Source: Epithemia pelagica
Taxonomy: Eukaryota; Protista; Bacillariophyta
Direction of reading: 5' to 3'
DNA: 64,000 bases
Assembly (NCBI GenBank): GCA_946965045.2
Contig: OX337228.1
Coordinates: 992,001-1,056,000, forward strand
A program made the translations under genes and the position numbers. Positions within the stretch are counted from its first letter, which is position 1. Each line of letters begins with the position of its first letter. This document shows, piece by piece, positions 12,590-23,911 of the stretch. Below the pieces are notes generated by a model. The model worked only from the letters and a program-made list of their open reading frames with translations, searched no databases and had not been told where the DNA came from.

Positions 12590-15500
12590 ATGTCGGACAA
12601 AAATGTAAGCGATACAGTGTCGCTTCAGGGAAGAGAAAGTTCTTTCTATCGTTGCGAATGGTTCTGTTGTCGTTCCTGAGCAAGCCGTCGTTTGAAACCG
12701 ATCTGTTGTGTGTCTTTGGGACATTGGAAGGTCACTGCTCATCTCTTTTTCTCGTACTTGTTGTTCTTGTTGTTTTGGTTCAATTGTTGGTCTCCCTTCT
12801 TGCAGCAAGGTAGTGGTTTCGGATTTGGATCCTTTGCATCCTTGCGAAAATCGGCGCAAGAACTTGGTGCCAAAGCAGCGGCTTCGGTGTCGGACTTGAA
12901 CCGGATCAAAAAGGAAACGGAAGGGACCGAGACGACTCAGCCGCAACTGCAACAAGAATCGAAAAGCGCCACTCAAGAAGAGAAGCAAGCAGCAGCAAAG
13001 CCATCCGAGAAAGCCCAACCGGCAACTCCAGCTGGCCTGAAGGCTGACAATGTCTCCAAGGAGGAATTGTTGGAGATTTTGTCCAAAATGAACAAAAAGG
13101 TCAAAGCCCTTGCTGCGGCGCGTCAACAATTGACGCAACAAGTCGAAGAAGAAAAGACGGAAAAGACGCGCATCATTGCCTTGGTCAAGGAAGAAATCTT
13201 GAATGAGCCACCCTTGGAGGAGGACAAGGATTTGGTCTTGCAGTTGCAAGCCGCCTGGCGAGAAAAGGAAGAACAAACGGCCCTTTCGATTCAATCGTTG
13301 CAATCGGAATTTCAGCGCATGCGAGTGCAACAACAGCATCAACAACAACAAACGGGAACCTTGCAGGATTGGCAGGTAGAAATAAAGCAATCGCTACGGG
13401 AGGAACATGGCAAAGAAGTGGACGACCTAAAGTCTCAACTCCAGCAACTACAGGAAGAGCATGTCGAAAAGAGTCAGTTGCTCGAGCAACGACAACAAGA
13501 AGTGGAACAATTGAAACATGAAATTTCTAGCATGAAAAATAGTTCTTCGTCGGGTAATGGTGAGAATGCTGACAGCAACGGGGTGCCGCCGTCCAATGAC
13601 AATGTCATTTCGAAAGAAGAGCATCAAGCCGAACTGACAATGGCCAACAAAACGGCACAAGAACAATTAGCTTCCTTCAAAGAGAAGGTTATGACCGCTC
13701 GACAAACCGAACTGGATAAGATTCGGGCCGAATTTGAGCAAGAAAAGGCCACGTTGATTCAACAATGGACAGAAAAATTGGAATCCTCTGAAACCACCGC
13801 CCAGGAGAATTTGTCGGCGCAACAACAAGCCCTCGAGGAACTAAAGAGACTGAACGAGGATTTGAAAACGCAATGCGAGGACATGACACAGGCCCAGAAA
13901 CAATTGGAAACAGAAATTGGTACTCTGCATCAACAAACCGATGCCAAAGACCAACTGTTGACGGCCAAGGATCAAGTGGTGGAGCAACTCAAAGTGTCGC
14001 ACAAAGAACAGCTGGCACAGAGAGAGGCCGAAATTAGGGCACAAATCGAACAAGAACAGAATTCGAACACAGTATCCACTGAGATGCAACAAACTCTGAA
14101 ACAATTCGAGGATCAAGTTGCTTCTTTACAAAGTCAAGTTGCGGAAAAGGATGAACTGCTTGCTTCCAAAACAAAAGAGATGGAAGAGGCATATGCTGCT
14201 GCCAAGGCCGAAATGACACAGAAAGAGGAAGAATGGCTCGCTCAACGACAGGCGTTTGAAAAGGCCAATGAGGAAAAGCTATCCAACGCATCCGCTGAGA
14301 CTCAACGAATTGTAAAGAGTCTACAGGATCAAGTTGCGTCGCTTCAGAGTCAAGTGGCAGAGAAGGAAGAGCTCCTTGCTTCGAAAACAAAAGAAATGGA
14401 AGACGCGTCTGCTACTTCCAAAGCCGAATTTGCACAGAAAGAAGAGGAATGGCTCGCTCAACGACAGGCGTTTGAAAAGGCCAATGAGGAAAAGCTATCC
14501 AACGCATCCGCTGAGACTCAACGAATTGTAAAGAGTCTACAGGATCAAGTCGCTTCGTTACAAAGTCAAGTTGCGGAAAAGGGCGAGCTGCTTGCTTCCA
14601 AAACAAAAGAGATGGAAGAGGCATCTGCTGCTGCCAAGGCCGAATTTGCACAGAAAGAAGAGGAATGGCTCGCTCAACGACAGGCGATCGAGAAGGCCAA
14701 TGAGGAAAAGCTATCCAACACTTCGGTGGAGACCCAACAAATTGTAAAGAGTCTACAAGACCAAGTTGGATCTTTACAAAGTCAATTGACGGAAAAGGAA
14801 GACCTGCTTGTTTCGAAAACAAAGGAGATGGAAGAGGCGTTGGATTCTGCCAAAGCCGAATTGTCACAGAAAGAGGAAAAATGGATCGCACAACAACAGG
14901 AGGTGGAAACTGCAAACGGAGAAAAGCTAAGAAACGCGACTAACGAGCTTCATGAGCAATATGGAAACGAAAAGAAGGACTTGGAAAATCGACTTGGCAA
15001 AATTGAGCTCCAAATGTCGGAGAAAGACAAGATTTTGTCGGAGAAGGAAAATGAGCTGGAGAAGACAAAAAGCACTCTCGATAGTCAAAAAGCCCAATGG
15101 AAAAAGGAGTCCGAAGAAAATCGCGATGCAATGGAACGTATGCATCAGGAGCGTCAAAGTGAGAGGAAGGAATTGGAAAGTCAGATAAGTGGTGTTCGAC
15201 AAGCGCTGTCTGAAAAGGAAAAAATGGTAGCCGATCGGGATAGAGAACTAGAGGAGCAAAAGGCCACATTTCAGGATCGGCCAAGAAAGATCAAAGCCGA
15301 ACTAGCCTCACAACAAGCTTCGGCGGCAGATGGTGATGAAAAGCAGGCTCTTGCCATCGAGCAACTTCAAAAGCAACAAGTAGCATTGGAAGGCGAAAAG
15401 CAATCATTGGAAGATCTCGTTGCGAATCTGAAGAGAGAAGTAGAAGATAAGGAGCGAACGCTCTCTTCCCAACTTGCGGAAATGGAGACACGTGCTCAAT

Positions 15501-18500
15501 CGGCCAGTGATGCCCAGACCGAGCTAGAGAAGGTCCATCAACAAAAGCTTGTGAAAGTTCAGGAATCTTTCGCATCCGAAAAGGCAGAACAGGTACAGCG
15601 TGTGGACCATTTGCAGAAGGAAGTAACCGATGCAACAGAACTTTTGGGGGCAAAGAAGGAAGAACTGGAATCGAGCATTGTTGCACATAAGGAGCAACTA
15701 GCTGCAGCGAGAGTTGAAGTTCAAACGCAGGCGGCCGCAGCGCTTGAGAATGAGAGAAATACATTATCAAAATCACAGGAGGAGTTCACAAAACAGCTTG
15801 GTCATCTCCAGGAACAAATTGCGGCAAAAGACAAGGAACTGATGGATATGAGCAAAGAGATAGAAAGCTCGAAAGCCAAAGCATCAGAACTTTTGAAGGT
15901 GAAACAGGAAGAACTGGATTCCACCGTTGCTGCGCATGAGAAGCAACTTGCTGCAGTCAGAACTGAAGTGCAGACACAGGCGTCCGCGGAACTCGAGAAG
16001 GAGAAAAATTCGTTAACCAATGCACAAGTTGAGCTCACAAAACAGCTTGGTCATCTCCAAGAACAAATTGCGGCCAAAGAGAAAGAGCTGGTGAAAATGC
16101 GAAAAGAGCTAGAAAGCTCGAAAGCCAAAGCATCAGAACTTTTGAAGGTGAAACAGGAAGAACTGGATTCCACCGTTGCTGCGCATGAGAAGCAACTTGC
16201 TGCAGTCAGAACTGAAGTGCAGACACAGGCGGCCGCGGAACTCGAGAAGAAGAAAAATTCGTTAACCAATGCACAAGACGAGCTCACAAAACAGCTTGGT
16301 CATCTCCAGGAACAGGTTGCGGCAAAAGAGAAAGAGCTGGTGGAAATGCGAAAAGAGCTAGAAAGCTCCAAAACTGTTCACGAGAACTCCCTCACCCAAG
16401 TGAAGTCCGAGCTCAGCGCCCATCATCAACACACTTTGAAGGAACAACAACTTGCTTCAGAAAACCAAAAGAAGAAGTTTTCTGAGCAATTGGATCATTT
16501 ACAAAAGCAGCTCTCGTCGAAAGACCTCGAGCTTAAGGCAAGAAATGATGCCCTCGAATCAACAAAGGCCAACTTTGCCGATGAGTTATCGAAAATTAAG
16601 GCGGATTTGGCGTCGAAGGAATCCGAATTGAATGACTTGAGTAAGAGGCTTCAAGAGGCTCTGGATTCCGAGCAAGGTACGCTTCAAAGTAGTGTGGATG
16701 AGCTAAACGAGGTTCACCGCAACGAAATCGCCAAGCTTTCGAAAGAAAATGCTGATTCTCTGAGCAAACTGCGAAAAGAACACGATGAAGCCCTTGGTGT
16801 GGCACAAGGGAAGCTCCAAGAGAGGATCCAAAACCTGGAAGCGGCCCATAAAGAACAGCTGGAGAACCTGTCACAGCAGAATGCAAAATCGCGGGACGAC
16901 GCACGAAAAGAACATGAGGAGAAGCTGAAAGGTGCTTTGGATGCTGCTGCTTCCAACCTACAGAAACTTAACGAAGCGAACAAGAAGCTCGAGAACGACA
17001 CCGCAGCGTTTCAAAAAGAAAAGGAAGATCTTCGTCAGAAAATGGCAGACTATGCTGATAATCTAACGTCGCAGTTCAAATCAAAACTCAAGGCACTTCA
17101 TGAAAAGGCGGCCGCTGAAGCCAAACAGTCAGCGACGGAGCATGAAGAAGCAATGGCCAAAGTGTCGGCACAGCTGCGGACGGTGTCTCTGAATACAACT
17201 GCACTCAAGAATGAAAACGAGGACCTAAGGAGTAAACTTACGAGAGCTCGGGAAGAAATGCAGATGACCGTTGAGAACAATTCAGCAACTGCAACCTCAC
17301 TCATTGAACAACAAGAAAAGCTGGAAAAGGAAAAGGGAGATTTGGAGAGTCGGTGCAAGAGGTTGGAGCAAGAAAACAAAGCGAAATCGTTGTCGCTGGA
17401 AGAGTTAAACGGTAAACTTACGGGTCTCGAACAGAACTTGAGCACCTTGTCGGAGGATCACCACGAACAAGAACTCAAATTGCAGGCTGCCGCAAGACAA
17501 GAAAACAAGTTAAAGACAACTCAAGCAGAAGTTACCGACTTGCGCGAACAACTTACGAAACTCAAGTTGGAGCATACGAAGAATTCAAATTTGGTGAACC
17601 GTTTGCAGGCAGAGAAGGACACGAATGAACGTAGTCATGGCGAACGGACAGCCCTCGTGGCAATGCTGGAAACACAGCTTTCGGAGATGAACGATAAGAA
17701 TGCCGATGTCAATGCACGATTGGAAGCGGCACTCTATGACTTGAGCCAAAAGGATGAAACCATTGTGGGGAAGGAGGAACAATTGCAGCAAATGGAAAAA
17801 GATCTTGCACAGGCAAAAGAAACTTCCAAGCGAGCATCCGATGCCTTGACAATGTCGCAGAAGAACGCGGATTCCAAGAGCAGCAAGCAAGTAGAAAACC
17901 TCCAACGAGAGATTCAACTCGTGAAACAGCAAATGGCCAAGAAAAGCGCCGCAGCTCAAAAGCTTCTTCAAGAACGAGAGGCTGAATGTGCCAATCTCCG
18001 AACCACCAACAAGGCGTTACAACAAGAGGTGGACAAGGGAACCTTGAGTGACCGAAGAATCTTTGAACTGGCCGCCAAACAAAGCAATCGCGAGTCCCAG
18101 CAGGCGGGGGAAATTGAAATTCGTGATCGCGTCATTGAGAATCTAAAAATGGCCCTGCTCGAACGGGACGGGAACTTGGCCTTTTTCGAAAAGCACGTTC
18201 AGGAAGTGGAAGGACAAATGGAAGAGTTATGCCGTGTGCAACGTCGAGAAGATGTTAATTTGGATTATCTAAAGAGTGTTGTGGTGAAATACCTGAGTTT
18301 ACCGCCCGGCTCTAGTGAACGGGCGCGTCTCCTTCCTGTCTTGGCGACCTTGTTGCAATTCAACAATGACGACTATCAAACGATTGAAGAGGGAAAGCAC
18401 AAACTCAGTTGGTGGGGCAATGTGGCTCCAACCTTGATTGGAAGCGTCGGATCTGACCTGCTTGGGACCGCGGCACCTGCCACGAATCCAGACGTTGCCG

Positions 18501-18562
18501 TGACCAACAATGGGACCTCCGCCTCCTCCAATGCACCATCGACTTCGCTACAGTTTTCATGA
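12590..18562 (+). CDS. GRIP-domain golgin (long coiled-coil trans-Golgi protein)
   Basis: Exon 1 12590-12604 (MSDKN), intron 12605-12805 (GTAAGC...TTGCAG, phase 0), exon 2 to 18562. Heptad-rich throughout. GRIP motif VNLDYLKSVVVKYLSLPPGSSERARLLPVLATLLQF. Confidence 0.92.
14111..14935 (+). repeat. Intragenic tandem repeat, 216 bp (72 aa) x ~4
   Basis: gatcaag/gaccaag anchors at 14111, 14327, 14543 and 14759. Confidence 0.93.
15650..16370 (+). repeat. Intragenic tandem repeat, 249 bp (83 aa) x ~3
   Basis: aaacagcttggtcatctcc at 15791, 16040 and 16289. Confidence 0.93.
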
Positions 18563-19100
18563 AACGAGTGAATGAATCAAAATTCCCAGTTTCACGAGGA
18601 CGGCATTGCTGCGCTGTTGACGTGACATATCGAGTATTTGACACTCGTCCTGTCACAGCGGACCATGACGGCCAAATCGAGTCCTAGGCACGCAACAAAC
18701 GAACTTGACAAGTTGTTGCAATGAGACAAAACTTGGGTAGCGACCCTATACAGTACTAGTAGAGGCCTCTTGGTTCAATGCGATGGGCAGAGAAACACAC
18801 GCATGTGGTGGTATTGTTCCTCAAACGATAACATGGCCGACTACCACCCCTGAATTGGTCTAAATCAACTCTTGCCAACAGTCCTATTTCGCAGTTCCCA
18901 TTTGCAGCTATTAGGTAGAGGACTAGACTCGTAGATGTGATGTTTCCAGTTTCCATGATGAGAGAGGGTGGTGATGGACTAAGAGCAGACAAGACACAAG
19001 ATGTGTTTGTTATGGGCCAGTTGTTGCGACCTAGGCGGCAGTCGGTAAATTCCAATGTGGAAAAGAAAGGTCCAAGTAGACTACTCCCGAGAGTGATGGG

Positions 19101-19685
19101 GTGAGTGCCAATGTCATGGTGCCAGAGGGCTTGGTCGATGTGAAACGTCTCGCGGAAAACCAATGCGATATCCAGTCACGGGATACAAAGATCCCGGTCT
19201 TTGTCACCTTTGACAAGGAGAACTTTACGGGCCCAATGGACGAAGAAGAAGAAGAAGAAGAAGCCAAAATGTTCGCCAAGCGCTCGTCCTGGTCCGTACA
19301 CTTTCCTTAGATCTTCCTCGGTATGAAGATCTAAAGCGAGGAAGATCTAGAGAAAGTGTATGGACCAGGACAAGCATTTGTCATCCATCGAGGTGTAATC
19401 GAATTGGTTGGTATGAATCACATTGAGTACATGATCAATACCAATGGTGGCTGTTCAGGAGCCATTGCATTCTTGCTGGAACAGGACGACGAGAACTACA
19501 GCAAAGCGATTGGGGTGCATGCTGGGAAGCACAATGACCTCGGCGATATCAGCATTGCTTTCAAGTTTCCAGCGCCGGGACAAGGTCCTCCAGAGAGATG
19601 CGCCTTTTGGAAGCATCAGAAGAGAATAGACTGCAGTATTCCGGAAAAAAATAGCACCCTTCCACACCTCCCTACTAGTTCATAG
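19101..19685 (+). pseudogene. Fragmented trypsin-like serine peptidase gene
   Basis: HIEYMINTNGGCSGAIAFLL...AIGVHAG matches the catalytic-Ser and downstream motifs of trypsin-fold peptidases. Upstream frames are broken by stops. Confidence 0.6.
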
Positions 19686-20213
19686 AGACAAGACCATCAA
19701 TGTATCGGCCCTTTCTCTTCCTGTCTTGAAGGACCCTGTAAAGCACACTCCAGAGAGAAGCGACTAAGATTGTCGGAGAGCGTCATACAGCAACACTCTA
19801 TGGGCCACCTCGAGGACTGCCGCAAAAAATAATGGCGGCCGTCCCCTTTGACACCACAACCAGCAAGGCTCAGGGCCCATTCTATCGACGCGATTTTGGT
19901 GCTCATGCTCACCAAAACGCGATTCGGAAGCAAAAAAACTGCTCACCGTGAGCAAATTGGAGCGCTCACCAAGTGCGATTTGCTCACTGTGAGCATCCGC
20001 GATTCGGAAGCAAATGTGTCGGTCATTGTAGGTTATTGTAAGTTTTGTGTCTGTTCCGATGCCGAATTGATAGAAACTAGAAACCGTGTTCGTTCCAAAG
20101 ATTGATGAACTCCGAAGAACAACAGTAGAAGCAACAACCGCCAGAAGAAGGATTCGACCATCAACTTTGTACGACAACAAGAGACAAGCTCCATTCGAGA
20201 CTCAAAGCCATCT

Positions 20214-21587
20214 TTGCAAAAGGACGACAACGACCCAAAGAACACGGATGTGGAACCTCAACCCACGCATAGCACTACCGGTAGTACGATTTTGCGCAAC
20301 AACCACCGTCATGCGTCCTCCACCAGCGATGCACCGTCCTCATCACCGGTCCAACACAGTCGTCACGACAAGGACGACGACGACACGCAATACAATTTGA
20401 CCAAACGTGATCGCCATCGTCAACGTCGGAATTCCTCGTGTGGATTGGGATGGTGTATGTTTGGTCGATCATCGTCGTCCTCGCAATGGCGGCGTCCTTG
20501 TCGACCCGGTACCATTCGCAAGAAAAAGTCATCCTTATCTTCACTGTCGCACAGTCCGACGGATTTGCATTATGACGGGGGTGCTTGTTCGTGGTTGGGT
20601 ATTACCTTGCATTCCTGAGTGGTTGATTATTTGCAGTGGTCTTTCCGGTCCAGTTTTGCTGCCGTCTTTATGAGTGCCGCCGTCGGATTCTTGGTCTCGA
20701 CCTTGCTCTTTGCCGCGGTCTTGTACGGATTGGGACATCATCATCCCAAGTGTTTGGGTGGCGTGGACTTTTATGAAGCATATTACTTTACCGATGCCTT
20801 TGTTTTGAGTTGGGCCACCTTTAGGCTATCTCCACCCGAGCGCCGCTATGCTGACGTATTGGGGCTTTCTGATTGGCCTCGCTATCCGGATAGCAGAATA
20901 GCGGAGCCAAACGGAAATAAACTCCACGATCTCCGTTAAAAGAACGCCGCTATCTCGCGTTGCGCGTACGCCCTCTCTTGTTTCGGTTAAAAAGGGGTGC
21001 GGCTTGCGGAATTCAATCAAGACAATCAACGAGAGCACAAAGCATAAACCAAAGATGGAGGACTCGTTGTTCTCCCTCTTCATTGTTGACTGTCATGGTG
21101 AATCATGTTGTTGTTCATGGCCAATGTAGATGTAGGTTTTAGTTTGCAGTCCAATCGTCCTATTGTATTCCCTGTCCCATTTCCGATTGATTGTCTGATA
21201 ATCAAACACACCAATAGTTTGAATGATGCATTTGTTTGATTGTTGCATTCCTTCCGATCCGTGATCCTCGAATCATCTTGCTGTGCATGGTTCTTGTCCC
21301 ATTGTAGGAAGTAGGGAACACAACAATGGAAAAAGAGATGGTAAGCGATCGTCACAAATCAATACGTGCCATTGCCATGTTTTCGACAAGTTGGCAGCAG
21401 ACGTTAATTTATTTATGCCGACGGTTATATTTTTCTCCGCTATCCGCTATTTTCCCCGCTATTCGGGGCCCCAAATAGCGGCAAAAATAGCGGATAGCAG
21501 AGCTGTTTAGCGGTTAGAGGAGATGGTGGAGTTCGATAGCAGTTTTTGGACCTTTAGCGGCCCCGGGTGAAGATAGCCTTAGTACGG
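20214..21587 (+). pseudogene. Captured 5' fragment of a K+ channel (Kir-like) gene
   Basis: In-frame TGA where W is expected (LHS*VVDYL), then TM1 and pore helix FTDAFVLSWATF. Removing the nested element restores TGG GCC ACC TTT AGT ACG|GTACGT, i.e. W-A-T-F-S-T followed by an intron donor just before the expected VGYG filter. Confidence 0.7.
20824..21578. mobile_element. Nested Tourist/Harbinger-like MITE (755 bp)
   Basis: TIR GGCTATCT(C/T)CACCCG (14/15). TSD TTA at 20821-20823 and 21579-21581. Subterminal ccgctat/atagcgg repeats. Confidence 0.9.
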
Positions 21588-21688
21588 TACGTGCACACAC
21601 ACGCACAAGACACCACCCCGACGAGTTCAAAATGGGCAACTGGGCCAACCCTGTCGCAACCTGACCAGTACGGTCGTCCCTACGTCGA

Positions 21689-22051
21689 ATGAATGACGCC
21701 ATTGAAGGAGGGAATTATACCAGCCTTCCTCCCATTCGAACCAGCAATGGACAAGAACAAGGTGGTGAAGAGAGTGAAGCTACCTTTACCAAAGCGGGTG
21801 TGTGGATACTAGCAGCCGTGCTCATGTTACTGTCCATTATTCTAATTCTCTTGGTGGTGCATATGATGTATCGTCGTCGTCACATGCAACAGCTTTTGGG
21901 TGGAGAACGACGGTTGCCCATCCTGTTGGATGAAGAAGCTTTACGAGAACGCATTGAAAAACGATACGAAACCATTGAGGTGTGGATGATCAACAAACAA
22001 GTCATGGAACATGATGAATTCTGCGAAAACTGTCTTCACGAGCTGTGCTAG
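21689..22051 (+). pseudogene. Captured N-terminal fragment of a single-TM protein resembling diatom RING-H2 ligases
   Basis: TM segment followed by ERIEKRYETIEVWMINKQVMEHDEFC, then truncation with no RING domain. Family assignment is from memory. Confidence 0.5.
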
Positions 22052-22249
22052 CAACTTCGAGTGGTGGTCCTACGAGTACGAGCTGTGCTAGCAACAGTCA
22101 TCGTCCTTTTCGGCACCACGATCGTAGATATCAACTAGCTAGAGGTAGAGGTAACTGGCGCAAAAGCTACTCTTGCTATCTTTAATTTATGGTCCCGGTC
22201 GCACATAGTCACCAATGCGCAAATCGCAAAATCGCGGGTCGATAGAATG

Positions 22250-23369
22250 GTACCCCCAAGCAGAGGTGAATAGTCGGGTCGCACATGTGTCGTGAATTCG
22301 AGGTGCATAGTCTTATTCACCCCCACGGCGCGAGGGTCCAAAATTGGCGATTTCTCGACTTTGACACAAACCACCAAAACACACCACACATTCACCACGG
22401 AGCCAATCTTGAGAGTGTCATAACATCACCCATGAACGTTCAATCCTTCACCCAAGATGACCAACATGTCTCCCTTACCCCACCGGACCATCGTGAACCT
22501 TCGGTTGCCTCCGAAACCCACCGCACCATGTCTCTCCATGGTCTGCATACCACCACCAAGAACAACCACACCAACGAGACAGATGACCGTCCTTTCCATC
22601 CATCCATGCAAGCTCTCCTTTTGATCCAACCATCCACAAGCCTCCCTTGCACCTCCACAGACCAAATGGAAGCTTCGCATTCGCTCGAAACCACAATCAA
22701 CCAGGCTTCTTCCGATTACAACGGCAAGACGACTCGTGCTTGGGGATTGTCTATTTGTTTGCTTATCACCATCCATGTCATAAACTATGGTTGATTGTTG
22801 TGTTGTTGTCTTCGTCTTTGGGGAAGCTAGATGCAACAAACGAGAGGTGATTGCTGTGTGATCTTGGTGCTTCGTATCTTTGAGCTTAATTTGTGTTGTT
22901 GTGTGTGGAGAGCGAAGACCCCAATGTTGTTGTTGTTGTCGAGTGCTGAGGGCCTTGTTTTCCATGGGATAAAGATAGGCCGATGGAATCAACGAAGGAA
23001 GGAGAGAAAGGAAGAGGGGGAACATCGTCGATGCCTGATAGAAAGGAATAATGGGTGAGAAGAAGGTTGTTTTGGGCGATGCTTCTGTTGCTGCCTACCA
23101 TGGACCTTGGTAAGCCAATGTCAACCTTTCCGCACCACCATCGAGTCATACAGTCCACATGCGCCTTGTTTTGGATGATGGTGGCCTTTGGGCAGTGATG
23201 ATGGGCCATGGACGATCGCATCACCTCCAGTGCCGTGGTGAATGCGCGGAGTGGTTGCGAGGTTTGTGTCAAAGTCGAGAGCGCAAGGGACGCGCCGTGG
23301 GGGTGAGAAAGACTTTGCACACCAGAATCGAATCACTAAACCTCATGACTCACCCCCGCTGGGGGGTAC
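22250..23369. mobile_element. Nested element with long imperfect TIRs and 8-bp TSD (Mutator- or hAT-like, non-autonomous)
   Basis: Ends GTACCCCC...GGGGGTAC (18/22 identity over the terminal 22 bp). Inner shared blocks caccccacggcgcg, ctcgactttgacacaaacc and cattcaccacgg. TSD ATAGAATG at 22242-22249 and 23370-23377. Confidence 0.82.
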
Positions 23370-23911
23370 ATAGAATGGGCTAAGCGCGACGCGATTTGGA
23401 AGAAATTTTGGTGAGCATGAGCACCAAAATCGCGCTTTTGCGCGACGATAGAATGGGCCCTCAATGACAGTAAGATCGCGCAATCGCGCATGGTAGATGG
23501 TAGTCGTCTCGGGTGTTTTGACTGGGGTCTTTCTTAGTGTCCCTGCCGAATTCTTTGTTAATTGGGTCTCTCCATTCTTATAGGCAGCGCCTTAAACCCT
23601 CCCGTAAATGCGACCAAATGTTCGGAGGGCTATAGTAGATAGCTCTTTAACTAAAGAATGATTCCTTGTTGCGCCCATCTCTACGAACTTTCACGATAGC
23701 TTCCCTTATCTCTTCCACTATGAACGAGGATGTAGTCTGCCCTTTGAACTATAGAAGATAGTGTACGTCGTGTCACGAATAGCCCCGTGCTACAATAGTC
23801 TTTTTGCAGGAAGGGGAATGACACTTTATTATTTGTGGTGGGTAGGCGCGAAGCGCGAAGGGCAGTGCTTTATTCAGGGTTGTGTAGTACAAAAGTAACA
23901 TCTATGGCATA

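Larger units (their letters stand above)
19873..23460. mobile_element. Non-autonomous PIF/Harbinger-type element with captured gene fragments (Pack-like)
   Basis: TIR GGGCCCATTCTATCG at both ends, plus an adjacent shared 29-bp block cgcgattttggtgctcatgctcaccaaaa. 3-bp TSD TCA at 19870-19872 and 23461-23463. No transposase ORF inside. Confidence 0.85.

Noticed and set aside
10233-18562. Functional Golgi gene cluster (sulfotransferase, golgin, nearby GT-like genes)
   Set aside because: Such genes are abundant in diatoms; adjacency alone is not evidence without synteny or co-expression.
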